A stretch of DNA of 64,000 nt, from assembly GCA_002995645.1 (NCBI GenBank), contig PUHO01000007.1, forward strand, positions 1,356 through 65,355. The letters are read 5' to 3'. Position 1 is the first letter of the stretch. Each line of letters begins with the position of its first letter. The position numbers and the translations under genes were made by a program. Below are positions 27,300 to 36,035 of this stretch, piece by piece. Under the pieces are notes generated by a model, which saw nothing but the letters and a program-made list of their open reading frames with translations, was not told the DNA's origin and searched no databases. This DNA is from SAR324 cluster bacterium. Lineage in GTDB: Bacteria > SAR324 > XYD2-FULL-50-16 > HCM1.

Positions 27300-27507
27300 A
27301 ATGAACAAAAAGAAGGAGGTCTATTAAATAAGGACTAGGTAACTCACGTTCGCGTTGGTACTAATAAAACGAAAATGAAGGCATGTAATTCTATGATTAG
27401 CAAAACTCTATTTTATATAGATCAAGAAGGATTGTAAAGGAAATATATAGGAACAAGAATAGACGCGGTTAGTATAAAAATTAAATTGTAAAAACAAAGA
27501 AAAGCAT

Positions 27508-27807
27508 ATGCAAAAAGAAGAAACGATTATAAACGTTATTATACGAGAATGGGGAGATTTGTCAAATTTCTTGCTATGGGCAGGGTATAAAGAAAACAAC
27601 AAGTATATTCTAGCTGATTTTATAGACACAAACAAAAACGCAAAAGGAAAAGTAAGTTGTTTAAAATGGGCAATTTGGCAAACTTTCAAAGGTGAAATGA
27701 AAGCAAAGAAAACAGCTTGCCCACCTGTTGCGAGCTATATGCTTCCTATGGCGGAAAGTTGGCAATATAAAGTGGAGCAATATTTATTACAAGAAAGCAA
27801 ACTATAA
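27508..27807 (+). CDS. hypothetical protein divergent from the repressor (Ner/Cro position)
   Basis: 99 aa. It is the first gene of the second + strand block and has no recognisable HTH. Confidence 0.4.
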   Translation: MQKEETIINVIIREWGDLSNFLLWAGYKENNKYILADFIDTNKNAKGKVSCLKWAIWQTFKGEMKAKKTACPPVASYMLPMAESWQYKVEQYLLQESKL

Positions 27808-27816
27808 AGGGGAAAA

Positions 27817-28443
27817 ATGGAAGAACAAGATAAACGCAATATATTAAACGAATATATGACGAACGGGCAAGGATACTTAATTCCAAAAGAACAGGTTTCT
27901 CAAATCGATCAACTAAGGGATCAATTAATAGAGGAACTCTTTACAAAAGCAAAGCAATATAAACAGACAATAGAAGAAATCAAACAAACAACATTAAAGG
28001 AAATAGAAAGCTTTTTGTTCTTATGTGCAGGCGAGTATAAAGTAAAACTAGGCGGGAAAAAAGGTAACGTTAGCTTAACTAGTTTTAACGGGTTAAAGCG
28101 AGTGCAAATTAAAACGCAAGCTAAAATTGCTTTTAATGAAGGTGCTAAGATGGCAAAAGAGCTTATAGACGAATGTATACAAGAATGGTCTTTTGGTGCG
28201 GATAGTAAAATAGTAGCTTTAATTGAACATGCCTTTCAAACAGATAAGCAAGGTAACATGAATATTACAAGAGTGCTGAGTTTGCGTAAGCTAGCTATAA
28301 AAGAAATCAAATGGCAAAAAGCAATGGAATTGTTAACAGACGCCATGCAGGTAATCGGTAGTAAAAAGTATATTAATTTTTACACAAGAGAAACGCACGA
28401 AGACGGCTGGGAAATAATGAATCTAGATTGGGCAAGAATATAG
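27817..28443 (+). CDS. DUF3164-family protein (Mu-like early/semi-essential region protein)
   Basis: 208 aa. GGKKGNVSLTSFNG..V......I.FNE....AKELIDECI.EW........ALIEHAF..DKQGN.N..RVLSLR.L.I....W..AM......M.V.GSKKYINFY.RE matches the DUF3164 consensus as I recall it. Confidence 0.75.
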   Translation: MEEQDKRNILNEYMTNGQGYLIPKEQVSQIDQLRDQLIEELFTKAKQYKQTIEEIKQTTLKEIESFLFLCAGEYKVKLGGKKGNVSLTSFNGLKRVQIKTQAKIAFNEGAKMAKELIDECIQEWSFGADSKIVALIEHAFQTDKQGNMNITRVLSLRKLAIKEIKWQKAMELLTDAMQVIGSKKYINFYTRETHEDGWEIMNLDWARI

Positions 28444-28462
28444 TCAAGTAAAAACAAAGGAT

Positions 28463-29302
28463 ATGAATATGAATCAAAAAGAAGCAACAAGACAAGTTAA
28501 AGAAATAATGTGGGTACAAATTCTACCAAAAGGTAAAGAAATACAAGGGAAAGACGGACGTACGTTTATTAACGAAGGAAGCGATAAACTAGCAAGTCAG
28601 TTTAATCAAGAAAAAAGAGAAATCCCCATTGATATAGCTCATGCCGGCGAAGTCTCTGATCTAGGCAAAGAACCGCCGGCTATTGGTTGGATTTGCAAAA
28701 TGGAAGCAAGAGAAGAAGAGCTTTGGGCACAAATACAATGGAGGAAAGAAGGCTTAGCACTCTTGCAAGACAAGCAATATAAATATATCTCGCCGGCGTT
28801 AGTTGTGAAAGACGGAAAGATTAAAGAAATAAGTAGTATTGGGATAACAAACCACCCTAATTTAATTATGAAGTCGCTTAACTCAAAAAGCAAAGACAAA
28901 CAAGACGTTTTATTTCTTGCAAAAGCAATGGAATTGCAGTTTGAGACAAAAGAAAAACAAAACGATCTAGAAATAGCATTGCAAAGAGCAAGAAAAGCGG
29001 AAACCGAACTGGAAGCATTCAAAGCAAAGGAGGAAACAAAAGTTATTGAAAATATGGTGGAAGACGCCATTGAAAAAGGAAAGATCTTACCTATTTCAAA
29101 AGCAATATATATGAATTTATGTAAAACAAAAGAAGGGCGAATCGAGTTTGAAGAAACAATTAAAAAAATGCCTTCTTTATATTTAGAACAAGAAATATTA
29201 ATTAAACAAGAAGAAAGCGACGTTGATTTTAACAAGCAAGAAAAAGATATGCTAGCTACGTTACAAATTTCAACAAAGCAAATAAAAGAACTAGGTAAGT
29301 AA
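28463..29302 (+). CDS. head maturation protease/scaffold (Mu gpI-like)
   Basis: 279 aa. W.QILPKG......GR.F......IPIDIAH......PPAIGWI..ME.R...LWAQIQW...G......K.YKYISPAL......I..I..IGITNHPNL fits the Mu-like prophage I protein family. The C-terminal half is coiled-coil and scaffold-like. Confidence 0.85.
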   Translation: MNMNQKEATRQVKEIMWVQILPKGKEIQGKDGRTFINEGSDKLASQFNQEKREIPIDIAHAGEVSDLGKEPPAIGWICKMEAREEELWAQIQWRKEGLALLQDKQYKYISPALVVKDGKIKEISSIGITNHPNLIMKSLNSKSKDKQDVLFLAKAMELQFETKEKQNDLEIALQRARKAETELEAFKAKEETKVIENMVEDAIEKGKILPISKAIYMNLCKTKEGRIEFEETIKKMPSLYLEQEILIKQEESDVDFNKQEKDMLATLQISTKQIKELGK

Positions 29303-29336
29303 ATAAGTATAAATACATAAGAAAGGAAATATCAAT

Positions 29337-30245
29337 ATGTTACAACAAAGAACAATAGACACGTTGGAAAAAGCATTTAAATCTATTTTTAAAGAAACAC
29401 TAACTATACAAAAAACAGACTGGTCAAAAATAGCGTCGTTAGTGCAATCTTCTTCTTTAAGCTCGTCTTATCATTGGGCGAATCGCTTTCCTGTTATGAG
29501 TGAATGGATAAACGAAAGAAAGAAAACAAATTCAATGGCGAAACCGTTTGCCATAGAAAATAAGAAATATGAATCCCATATTGAAGTCGATACGGCGGAT
29601 ATTGAAGATAATAATATAGGAAGCTATCGTATTTTAATTGAAGAAATGGCGGCGGCAGTAGAAAGAAACAAAGATAAGTATATTTTTAAGTTACTTAAAG
29701 ACGGTTTTACTAATACCGGCTATGACGGCGTACCTTTTTTCAGTGATAACCACCAAATAACGGCAAACATAGACGGTACGGGCGCAAAAATAAAAGTTTC
29801 TAATATACTCAATCCTTTAGTCTCTATTAAACCGGCTTGGTTTGTTCTAGATGCGTCAAGAGCGTTAAAACCTTTTATCTTGCAAGAAAGAACAAATCCT
29901 TCTTTTCATGCGTTAACAAATAGCGATTCAAATTACCTTTTTGAATTTGACCGTATTCCGTTTGGCGTACGGTGGAGAGGAAGCTTCGGCTACGGTGCTT
30001 ATCAAAGTATTATTGCTTGCCGTGATGCGTTAACAGGCGCTAATTTTGGTAAAGCAGTTAATCAGCTGTTACAAATGAAAATGAACGGAAACGAATATTT
30101 TGGATTTAAACCGACTCATTTAATTGTTCCGCCAAGCTTACGTTCCGACGCGCAAACGATTATTAAAAAAACGGCGTTAACCAGCGGGGACAGTAATCCT
30201 AATTATAATGCAGTAGATATTATTGTTTCACCGTGGCTTGCCTAA
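29337..30245 (+). CDS. major head subunit (Mu gpT-like)
   Basis: 302 aa. W..IA..V.SSS.S..Y.W...FP.MSEWI.ER......A.PF.IENKKYE..I.VD..DIEDNNIG.Y ... YDGVPFFSDNH fits the Mu gpT family. It follows the protease. Confidence 0.88.
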   Translation: MLQQRTIDTLEKAFKSIFKETLTIQKTDWSKIASLVQSSSLSSSYHWANRFPVMSEWINERKKTNSMAKPFAIENKKYESHIEVDTADIEDNNIGSYRILIEEMAAAVERNKDKYIFKLLKDGFTNTGYDGVPFFSDNHQITANIDGTGAKIKVSNILNPLVSIKPAWFVLDASRALKPFILQERTNPSFHALTNSDSNYLFEFDRIPFGVRWRGSFGYGAYQSIIACRDALTGANFGKAVNQLLQMKMNGNEYFGFKPTHLIVPPSLRSDAQTIIKKTALTSGDSNPNYNAVDIIVSPWLA

Positions 30246-30265
30246 TAAAAGCAAAAGGGAATCTA

Positions 30266-30493
30266 ATGGAAAAAACAATAGATAAAACAGAAACAAAGGA
30301 AGCAAAGCTAACGTACGTTACGGCAAAATTAAGCGATGAGTATAAACTAAAATTTCCTTTTAATCATTCATATAAAACAAAAAGGTATATATGGCAATAC
30401 GAACCGCGTAGCTACTTTTGTACAAACGAAGAGAAAATAGCAATAACAAAGAATAGATTTTTAACGATCATTAAAAGAAAGGTAAAGCTATGA
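30266..30493 (+). CDS. hypothetical head-module protein
   Basis: The ORF-track frame 30233..30493 is trimmed to the ATG at 30266 (MEKTIDK), because the upstream part overlaps the capsid gene end. The product is 75 aa. Confidence 0.4.
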   Translation: MEKTIDKTETKEAKLTYVTAKLSDEYKLKFPFNHSYKTKRYIWQYEPRSYFCTNEEKIAITKNRFLTIIKRKVKL

Positions 30494-30876
30494 ATTGGAT
30501 TTGTACACTAGAAGATATGATAGCAAGGTACGGCGAAGATAAGCTTGTTCATAACGATGGTAAGCTTGCTAAAGAAGCTATTAAAAAGACCATAGAAGAT
30601 GCGCAAGCTATTATTAAAATATACGTGCCGAATCTAGATCAGTCAAATAAAGAGACAAAAGAAATTTTAAAGCCAATTTGCCTGGATATAGCTTTATATC
30701 GTTTAAGCGATTACGTAACAAGCGATATAGACGTCCGGCAAAGATATGAACAAGCAATGGAGACTTTAGCTTTTATAGCAAAAAAAGCAGATAAAGGCGA
30801 AGCGCTACCAAGCTTAACAAATAAAAAAGAAAAGACCTATAGTGAAATAATTTATAAACGAGGTACTTTTTCTTAA
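30490..30876 (+). CDS. head-tail connector protein (Mu gp36-like, DUF1320 type)
   Basis: 128 aa. The N-terminal ...DMIARYGEDKL... and ...DIALYRL pattern, size and position support the call. Confidence 0.6.
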   Translation: MNWICTLEDMIARYGEDKLVHNDGKLAKEAIKKTIEDAQAIIKIYVPNLDQSNKETKEILKPICLDIALYRLSDYVTSDIDVRQRYEQAMETLAFIAKKADKGEALPSLTNKKEKTYSEIIYKRGTFS

Positions 30877-30889
30877 CCATAGGGAGAAT

Positions 30890-31498
30890 ATGAATTTATT
30901 AGAAATAAGAGAATATATTCTTTCCTATTTACAATCCTCTTTGCAAGCGATTATCCCCATAAAATCAATTGTGACAAGGGCAAGCGCCGTAAACGAGCAA
31001 GTATTAGCAAAACAAGCAAGTAAGAATACGGCGGCTTTGTATTTAACGATTAAAGGAATTAAAGACTATGAACTTAATCCGGCAGAAATGGAAATACAAG
31101 GCGAGCTTGTGCAAACCACAAGAACAACGGGCATATTAAAAGGAGACGAGCAAGCGTTGGTTTTACTTTGTGATGTGATTGCCGTTATACACGCTTTGGA
31201 AGAAGCGGCATGCGGCATAGACGCGCCGGCTATTACGGCGGCGCAAAACATAACGAGTCAACAAAGTTTAGATATGAACTTACATGTTTGGAAAATAGAT
31301 TTTAACTGGAAAGTGGGAATACAAGGAATCACAACTTTACAAGATAAAATTAAAACCTACTATGACGACGACATGTTGTATGCTGCGAAAAATAAAAATA
31401 TCACATTATTTGAAGGGTATCTAGCAAAGCATAATATAAGCGCAACAAACTGGGTGCAAGAAAAGGTAGTTTTTGAAAAAAATAAGAATATAAAATAA
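30890..31498 (+). CDS. head-tail joining / tail completion protein (Mu gp37 position)
   Basis: 202 aa. The call is by position between the gp36-like gene and the sheath gene only. Confidence 0.4.
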   Translation: MNLLEIREYILSYLQSSLQAIIPIKSIVTRASAVNEQVLAKQASKNTAALYLTIKGIKDYELNPAEMEIQGELVQTTRTTGILKGDEQALVLLCDVIAVIHALEEAACGIDAPAITAAQNITSQQSLDMNLHVWKIDFNWKVGIQGITTLQDKIKTYYDDDMLYAAKNKNITLFEGYLAKHNISATNWVQEKVVFEKNKNIK

Positions 31499-31508
31499 AA
31501 AGGAATAT

Positions 31509-32972
31509 ATGGCAATTACATTTAACGAAGTTCCAGCAGCTTTACGCGTTCCGGGGATATATACGGAAGTAAACGCAAGTTTAAGCGGCACAGGAGTAAA
31601 TACAAAAAAGGTGTTAGTAATCGGACAACAAACAAGCACGGCAACGGCAACAACGAATAAAGTTGTTTACGTTAGCAGTAAAGCAAGAGCAAAAAGCTTG
31701 TTTGGTGTGGGTAGTATGCTAGCAGCAATGATAGAGAGTTTTTTTAATTATAATAAGCAAGTAGAGTTATACGCGCTTCCGGTGGCAGATCAAGCGGGCG
31801 CTGTGGCGGCAAGTTCGGAAATAACCGTTGCCGCAACCTCCGCCGGGGCAGACGGTTCGCTTAGCTTATATGTAAACGACGTTTTAGTAAGCATTATTGT
31901 AAAAAAAGGAGAAACAGAAGAGACAATAGCAAAAAATATTAGTGATACTATTAACACAATGCCGTCTTTACCTATAACGGCAACAGTACAAAGTAAAGAT
32001 AAAAATAAAGTGTTGTTAACGGCAAATCACGCAGGCGAGATAGGTAATGATATTAGTATGAATCAAAATCTACTTGGTGAAAGCGGCGTGGAAGGGGTGG
32101 CGCTTACTTTAAGCAGTCTAGCAAACGGAGCGAAAAACCCCGATATTGCCGCGGCTTTACAAGCGATTGATAGCGTTCATTATAATTATTTTATTGTGCC
32201 TTATACAGATCAAAGTAACATAACGGCACTACAAAACGAATTAGACGCAAGGTATAAAGCACTAGAACAAAAAGGAGCACGTGCTTTTATAGCGAAAAAA
32301 GGAACGCTAGACGAAGTGTTATTATTTGGAAAATCAAGTAATGCTATTCATATTAGTTGTATAGATGCAAGTAATAGCGTCAGTCCGCTTACTTCTTGGG
32401 TGGCAACTAACGCTGCCGTTGCAATTGAAACCTTGTCTATAGATCCGTCTTTACCTTTATATAATAAACGTTTACCAAACCTAATAGCAGGGAAAACACG
32501 TTCTTTACAAGAAAGGAATACGCTATTATTTAACGGCATTACAACGCATTTTGTTTCTATAGATACGCAAGTATATCTAGAAAGGCAAATTATGATGTAT
32601 AAGCAAACGCCGCAAGGTGACGCTGATACAAGTTACTTAGATATAGAAATCCCGGAAACACTAGACTCGATTCGTAATATACAAAGAACAGAAGCGCAAA
32701 AAAGATTTGCCGGATATAAACTAGCGAAAACAGATGAAATATTTGCAGCAGGGCAAAAGGTGATGACTCCTCAAGTATTCAAAGGGTTTTTATTAGATTT
32801 ATACAGACGGGTTTTTCTTGAGGAAAAAGGTTGGGTGCAAGATTATGATAATTATAAAAAAACCTTACTAGTACAAGTAAACGAATCAGATAAAACAAGA
32901 ATAGATTGGAAAGACGAACCAACGTTAATAGGTCAATTTTATATTGGCGTGGGATTAATCGAGTTTATATAA
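31509..32972 (+). CDS. contractile tail sheath protein
   Basis: 487 aa. The N-terminus ...VPAALRVPGIYTEVNAS... is typical of Mu/P2-type sheath proteins. It lies immediately upstream of the tube gene. Confidence 0.8.
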   Translation: MAITFNEVPAALRVPGIYTEVNASLSGTGVNTKKVLVIGQQTSTATATTNKVVYVSSKARAKSLFGVGSMLAAMIESFFNYNKQVELYALPVADQAGAVAASSEITVAATSAGADGSLSLYVNDVLVSIIVKKGETEETIAKNISDTINTMPSLPITATVQSKDKNKVLLTANHAGEIGNDISMNQNLLGESGVEGVALTLSSLANGAKNPDIAAALQAIDSVHYNYFIVPYTDQSNITALQNELDARYKALEQKGARAFIAKKGTLDEVLLFGKSSNAIHISCIDASNSVSPLTSWVATNAAVAIETLSIDPSLPLYNKRLPNLIAGKTRSLQERNTLLFNGITTHFVSIDTQVYLERQIMMYKQTPQGDADTSYLDIEIPETLDSIRNIQRTEAQKRFAGYKLAKTDEIFAAGQKVMTPQVFKGFLLDLYRRVFLEEKGWVQDYDNYKKTLLVQVNESDKTRIDWKDEPTLIGQFYIGVGLIEFI

Positions 32973-32998
32973 ATTAAGCAAAGTAAAAAGGAAATAGT

Positions 32999-33361
32999 AT
33001 GGCAAAATTAAATCAAGTAGAAAAGGTGCAAGTGCCGAGTATAGGCGCGTTGCCTGTTCGTTCTGTTGGCAGTGTGTTCAAAGCGTCCGGCGTAGTAAGA
33101 AAATTTCAAGCGGCAGTGGGCATTTCAGACGGTGGCTTTACAACAGAGAATCAACCGGCAGAATTAAACTTACAACTTAATGCTTCAAGTAAGCTGGATC
33201 TTTCTCAGTTAAATAGTGTGGAGAATGAAACAATAACGGTGAGCTTATCTAATAATAGCGTATATACTATGCCAAACGCATGGTGTAGCGAGCCTGCCGA
33301 ATTAAGGCAAGGCGTTATTGTCGTTCAGTTTCAGTCAAATAGAAGCGATAAAATACAATAA
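32999..33361 (+). CDS. tail tube protein
   Basis: 120 aa. Size and position between the sheath and chaperone genes support the call. Confidence 0.7.
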   Translation: MAKLNQVEKVQVPSIGALPVRSVGSVFKASGVVRKFQAAVGISDGGFTTENQPAELNLQLNASSKLDLSQLNSVENETITVSLSNNSVYTMPNAWCSEPAELRQGVIVVQFQSNRSDKIQ

Positions 33362-33404
33362 CATGAAAGGTTAACTTGCGCTAGTTCGTAAGTTAACTTA
33401 CACA

Positions 33405-33692
33405 ATGAAAGAAGGATATATAATGACAAAAACAATTAGCTTACAAGTACCTATTACTAAAGGGGAAAGAACTATTACAGAGATAAGTTTATGCGAACCA
33501 AAAGCAAAACATTTACTTTCTCTTGACGAAGTAAACGGAGAAATTGCCAGTGTGTTTGCCTTAACGGCGGCGTTAAGCGGAGAGAGTGAAGCGCTGTTGC
33601 AAGAGCTATCTATTATAGATTTTGAAACAATTAAACAAGAATTAGATAGCTTGCTTACAGTGGAAGACGATCTATTGGGGAAGTCCAAATAA
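33405..33692 (+). CDS. tail assembly chaperone (Mu gp41 / P2 gpE-like)
   Basis: 95 aa, acidic and small, directly after the tube gene. The start may be the ATG at 33423, which has a better SD (GAAGGA). Confidence 0.65.
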   Translation: MKEGYIMTKTISLQVPITKGERTITEISLCEPKAKHLLSLDEVNGEIASVFALTAALSGESEALLQELSIIDFETIKQELDSLLTVEDDLLGKSK

Positions 33693-33835
33693 CGCCGTAT
33701 GCAGTTGGTGAATTCATGGCGGATATTATGTTTATTTTTAAGGGCTTTGATTATATAAGTTTAAAAAATATGAAACTAGGGAATGTAATAGGTTGGTGGA
33801 AAAGAGGAAAGGAACGTATAGAGAGTGAGGAGTAG
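33680..33835 (+). CDS. putative -1 frameshift extension of the tail chaperone (E+E'/G-T type)
   Basis: The -1 frame is open from the TTG GGG AAG region at 33675-33683 to the TAG at 33833-33835. It reads ..EVQITPYAVGEFMADIMFIFKGFDYISLKNMKLGNVIGWWKRGKERIESEE. The G-run G GGG allows P-site re-pairing. This is not the canonical X XXY YYZ heptamer. Confidence 0.4.
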   Translation, partial: EVQITPYAVGEFMADIMFIFKGFDYISLKNMKLGNVIGWWKRGKERIESEE

Positions 33836-33908
33836 GGTAATCAGGGGGTAAGGGGTTATTGCGGGAAGTAAGTAATAAGGGTGGGACAATTTATATAAGA
33901 GTAAGAAA

Positions 33909-34829
33909 ATGAATAGATATGTATCAAGTAATTTGAATAGACTAAAAGAGAAAATACAGTTTTTGCAAAAGCAACAAGATAGGTTAACACAAAAAAATAA
34001 AACACAATTGAGTTTTATACAAAACAAAAAGAAACCACTTGCGATAAGCGGAGCAAGCAAACAGCAAGTACGTATATTTGACACAATGCAAAAAACGGCG
34101 AATAAAGAAAAAATCAAATATACCAATACGCTAGGAAAGCTAAAGAAAACACAAGACAACCGGCGTATAAGTAAAACAAACCGGCAAAGTGCCGTTACTA
34201 AACTCATAGGTAACGTGCAAAATAAAGAACAAAAATCATCTATTGTTTTACGTACTATGCCTTTTATAGGTATACAAACGAACCAAGAACAAAACGAAAA
34301 AGAACAACCGGAGAATCCCGTTGCTATAATCACTAAAGAGAGCCCTATTGTAACAAAGCAAAAAGCGCAAGTTATCCCTTCTTATTATATACGTAATGCC
34401 AACGTAAAAGCACGAGTTACGCAGCAAAAAGAAGGTAAAGTACAAAATACTTCTTTACATAAGATTATAAGCTTACAACCTAAGCAAGGAGAACAACGAA
34501 GTACGCGTTTTTTACAAACAAAATCTAAGCAAGCTTTGCCAACTAGAAACAAAGTTTCTTTTATAGATAACCTTGTTAGTAATCAAAAAACAAAAGCTAA
34601 TAGCAAACAAAACGAAGCGTATAAACCTAGTTTGTTCGCACAAGAAAAAAGTAGTTATTTTGTAAAACAAAACGAAAGAAAAGAAAAAGATTCAATGACT
34701 ATTCCACAAGAAATTATATTGAAAATAGAAACAGACGAAGGTATTAAAGCACATGTAAAACGTATTTCAGGGAAACAGGATAATATAGAAGTGCAAACAA
34801 AGCTTAATTGTGGGTATATATTTTCATAA
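33909..34829 (+). CDS. atypical short, basic, Q/K/N-rich protein in the tape-measure position
   Basis: 306 aa. It lies between the chaperone and the gp43-like gene, where the TMP normally sits. It has no hydrophobic or Gly-rich segments and is low in complexity (QKQQ, NKKK, KQK). Confidence 0.45.
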   Translation: MNRYVSSNLNRLKEKIQFLQKQQDRLTQKNKTQLSFIQNKKKPLAISGASKQQVRIFDTMQKTANKEKIKYTNTLGKLKKTQDNRRISKTNRQSAVTKLIGNVQNKEQKSSIVLRTMPFIGIQTNQEQNEKEQPENPVAIITKESPIVTKQKAQVIPSYYIRNANVKARVTQQKEGKVQNTSLHKIISLQPKQGEQRSTRFLQTKSKQALPTRNKVSFIDNLVSNQKTKANSKQNEAYKPSLFAQEKSSYFVKQNERKEKDSMTIPQEIILKIETDEGIKAHVKRISGKQDNIEVQTKLNCGYIFS

Positions 34830-34865
34830 AAGAAGAGCAGATACACAGGGAACAAAAGGAGGGAT

Positions 34866-36035
34866 ATGGAATTTAATAGCAGTGGTTTTCGCGCGTCTTA
34901 CAGAGGAGTGCGGTTTCTAGTTTCAAAACATACGGAAGTAATAGGAAGAAACATACAAGTAGCTAGCTACGTTGGAAGTGAAAACTTAACTAGTATGGAT
35001 TTAGGAAAGAAAGAAAAAAGATACAATATAGAAGCGTACGTTATAGGCGTTGATTATATAAAAGAGCGTGACGAGCTAAGAAAAGCATTAATGCAAAAAG
35101 GGGTTGGCATGTTAATTCATCCCTATCTAGGTGAAACAAGGGTACGAGTTGAGTCCGTTAGTTTAATAGAAAGCGCCAAAGAAGGGAGAATGTGTCGTTT
35201 TTCCATTACCTTTGTAGAAGCGGGAAAGAATAAAGATATTACTCTCTCTGGTTTCAAACAAATAGACAAGCAAGCAAACGAGGCAAGACAAGCTTCGGCT
35301 TTGCAATTTGCCAGTACTATTAAGTTATATAATCAATCAAAGCAGGTTGTTGATTCAGCGCAATCTCATATGCATGCGGCAACTGATTTTATGGAGCGAG
35401 TAGCAAATAAAGCAACAGTAGAATCAAGAAGAGTAAGCAATATAGCGAGCTCTATTGCTGATTTTAGAGGTGCGATTCATAAATTGCAACGTACGCCCTA
35501 TGAAGTGGCGTCTAGTTTTTTATCGCTTCATGCGGCAATTACTTCTTTGTTTACCACAGGGCAAGATAACAGCATCACCTCTTTAGAAACGCCGTTTTCT
35601 AGTTTCCTAGACGCCGAATCGTTTCATTTTGAAACTGATCAAAATAAACCGACTGAAAATGAAAACGGAAAGGTGATTACTTTACTTTTACAACAAGCGG
35701 CCGTTATATCTTGCGGTGAAATTATGTCTAAAATGAAAGTAATGAGTAAAAATAGTGCGGAATCCATTGAAAAACAATTTAATAATTTTGCTCAAAAAGT
35801 AAACACATCTAGCGAAGTAAGTAATTTTATTAGCTTAACTGATTTTCGCTTAAGTAGCATAGAAGCGTTACGTGCCGATTCGTCCGGTTTGCATATAGAA
35901 AAAAAATCGTTAGTAACAAACTATATTCCTAGTTTAGTGTTTTCTAAATTAAAACAAACAAAAGAAGCGGATATTTTATACCTTAATACACCGCAAAACC
36001 CTTTGTTTCTTAAAGGAGAAATAATTCATGTCTGA
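34866..36035 (+). CDS. DNA circulation protein (Mu gp43/N-like)
   Basis: 389 aa. The N-terminus FRASYRGVRFLV....E..GRN.....Y.GSE....DLG matches the DNA_circ_N motif (ASFRGVPF...GRR...HEYP...DLG). Confidence 0.8.
   Translation: MEFNSSGFRASYRGVRFLVSKHTEVIGRNIQVASYVGSENLTSMDLGKKEKRYNIEAYVIGVDYIKERDELRKALMQKGVGMLIHPYLGETRVRVESVSLIESAKEGRMCRFSITFVEAGKNKDITLSGFKQIDKQANEARQASALQFASTIKLYNQSKQVVDSAQSHMHAATDFMERVANKATVESRRVSNIASSIADFRGAIHKLQRTPYEVASSFLSLHAAITSLFTTGQDNSITSLETPFSSFLDAESFHFETDQNKPTENENGKVITLLLQQAAVISCGEIMSKMKVMSKNSAESIEKQFNNFAQKVNTSSEVSNFISLTDFRLSSIEALRADSSGLHIEKKSLVTNYIPSLVFSKLKQTKEADILYLNTPQNPLFLKGEIIHV

Noticed and set aside
27313-27330. A strong SD-like AAGGAGG on the + strand in the repressor/orf99 intergenic region, as the start of an unannotated gene.
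   Set aside because: No ATG/GTG/TTG-initiated ORF of meaningful length follows, because stops occur within a few codons. It is probably fortuitous.
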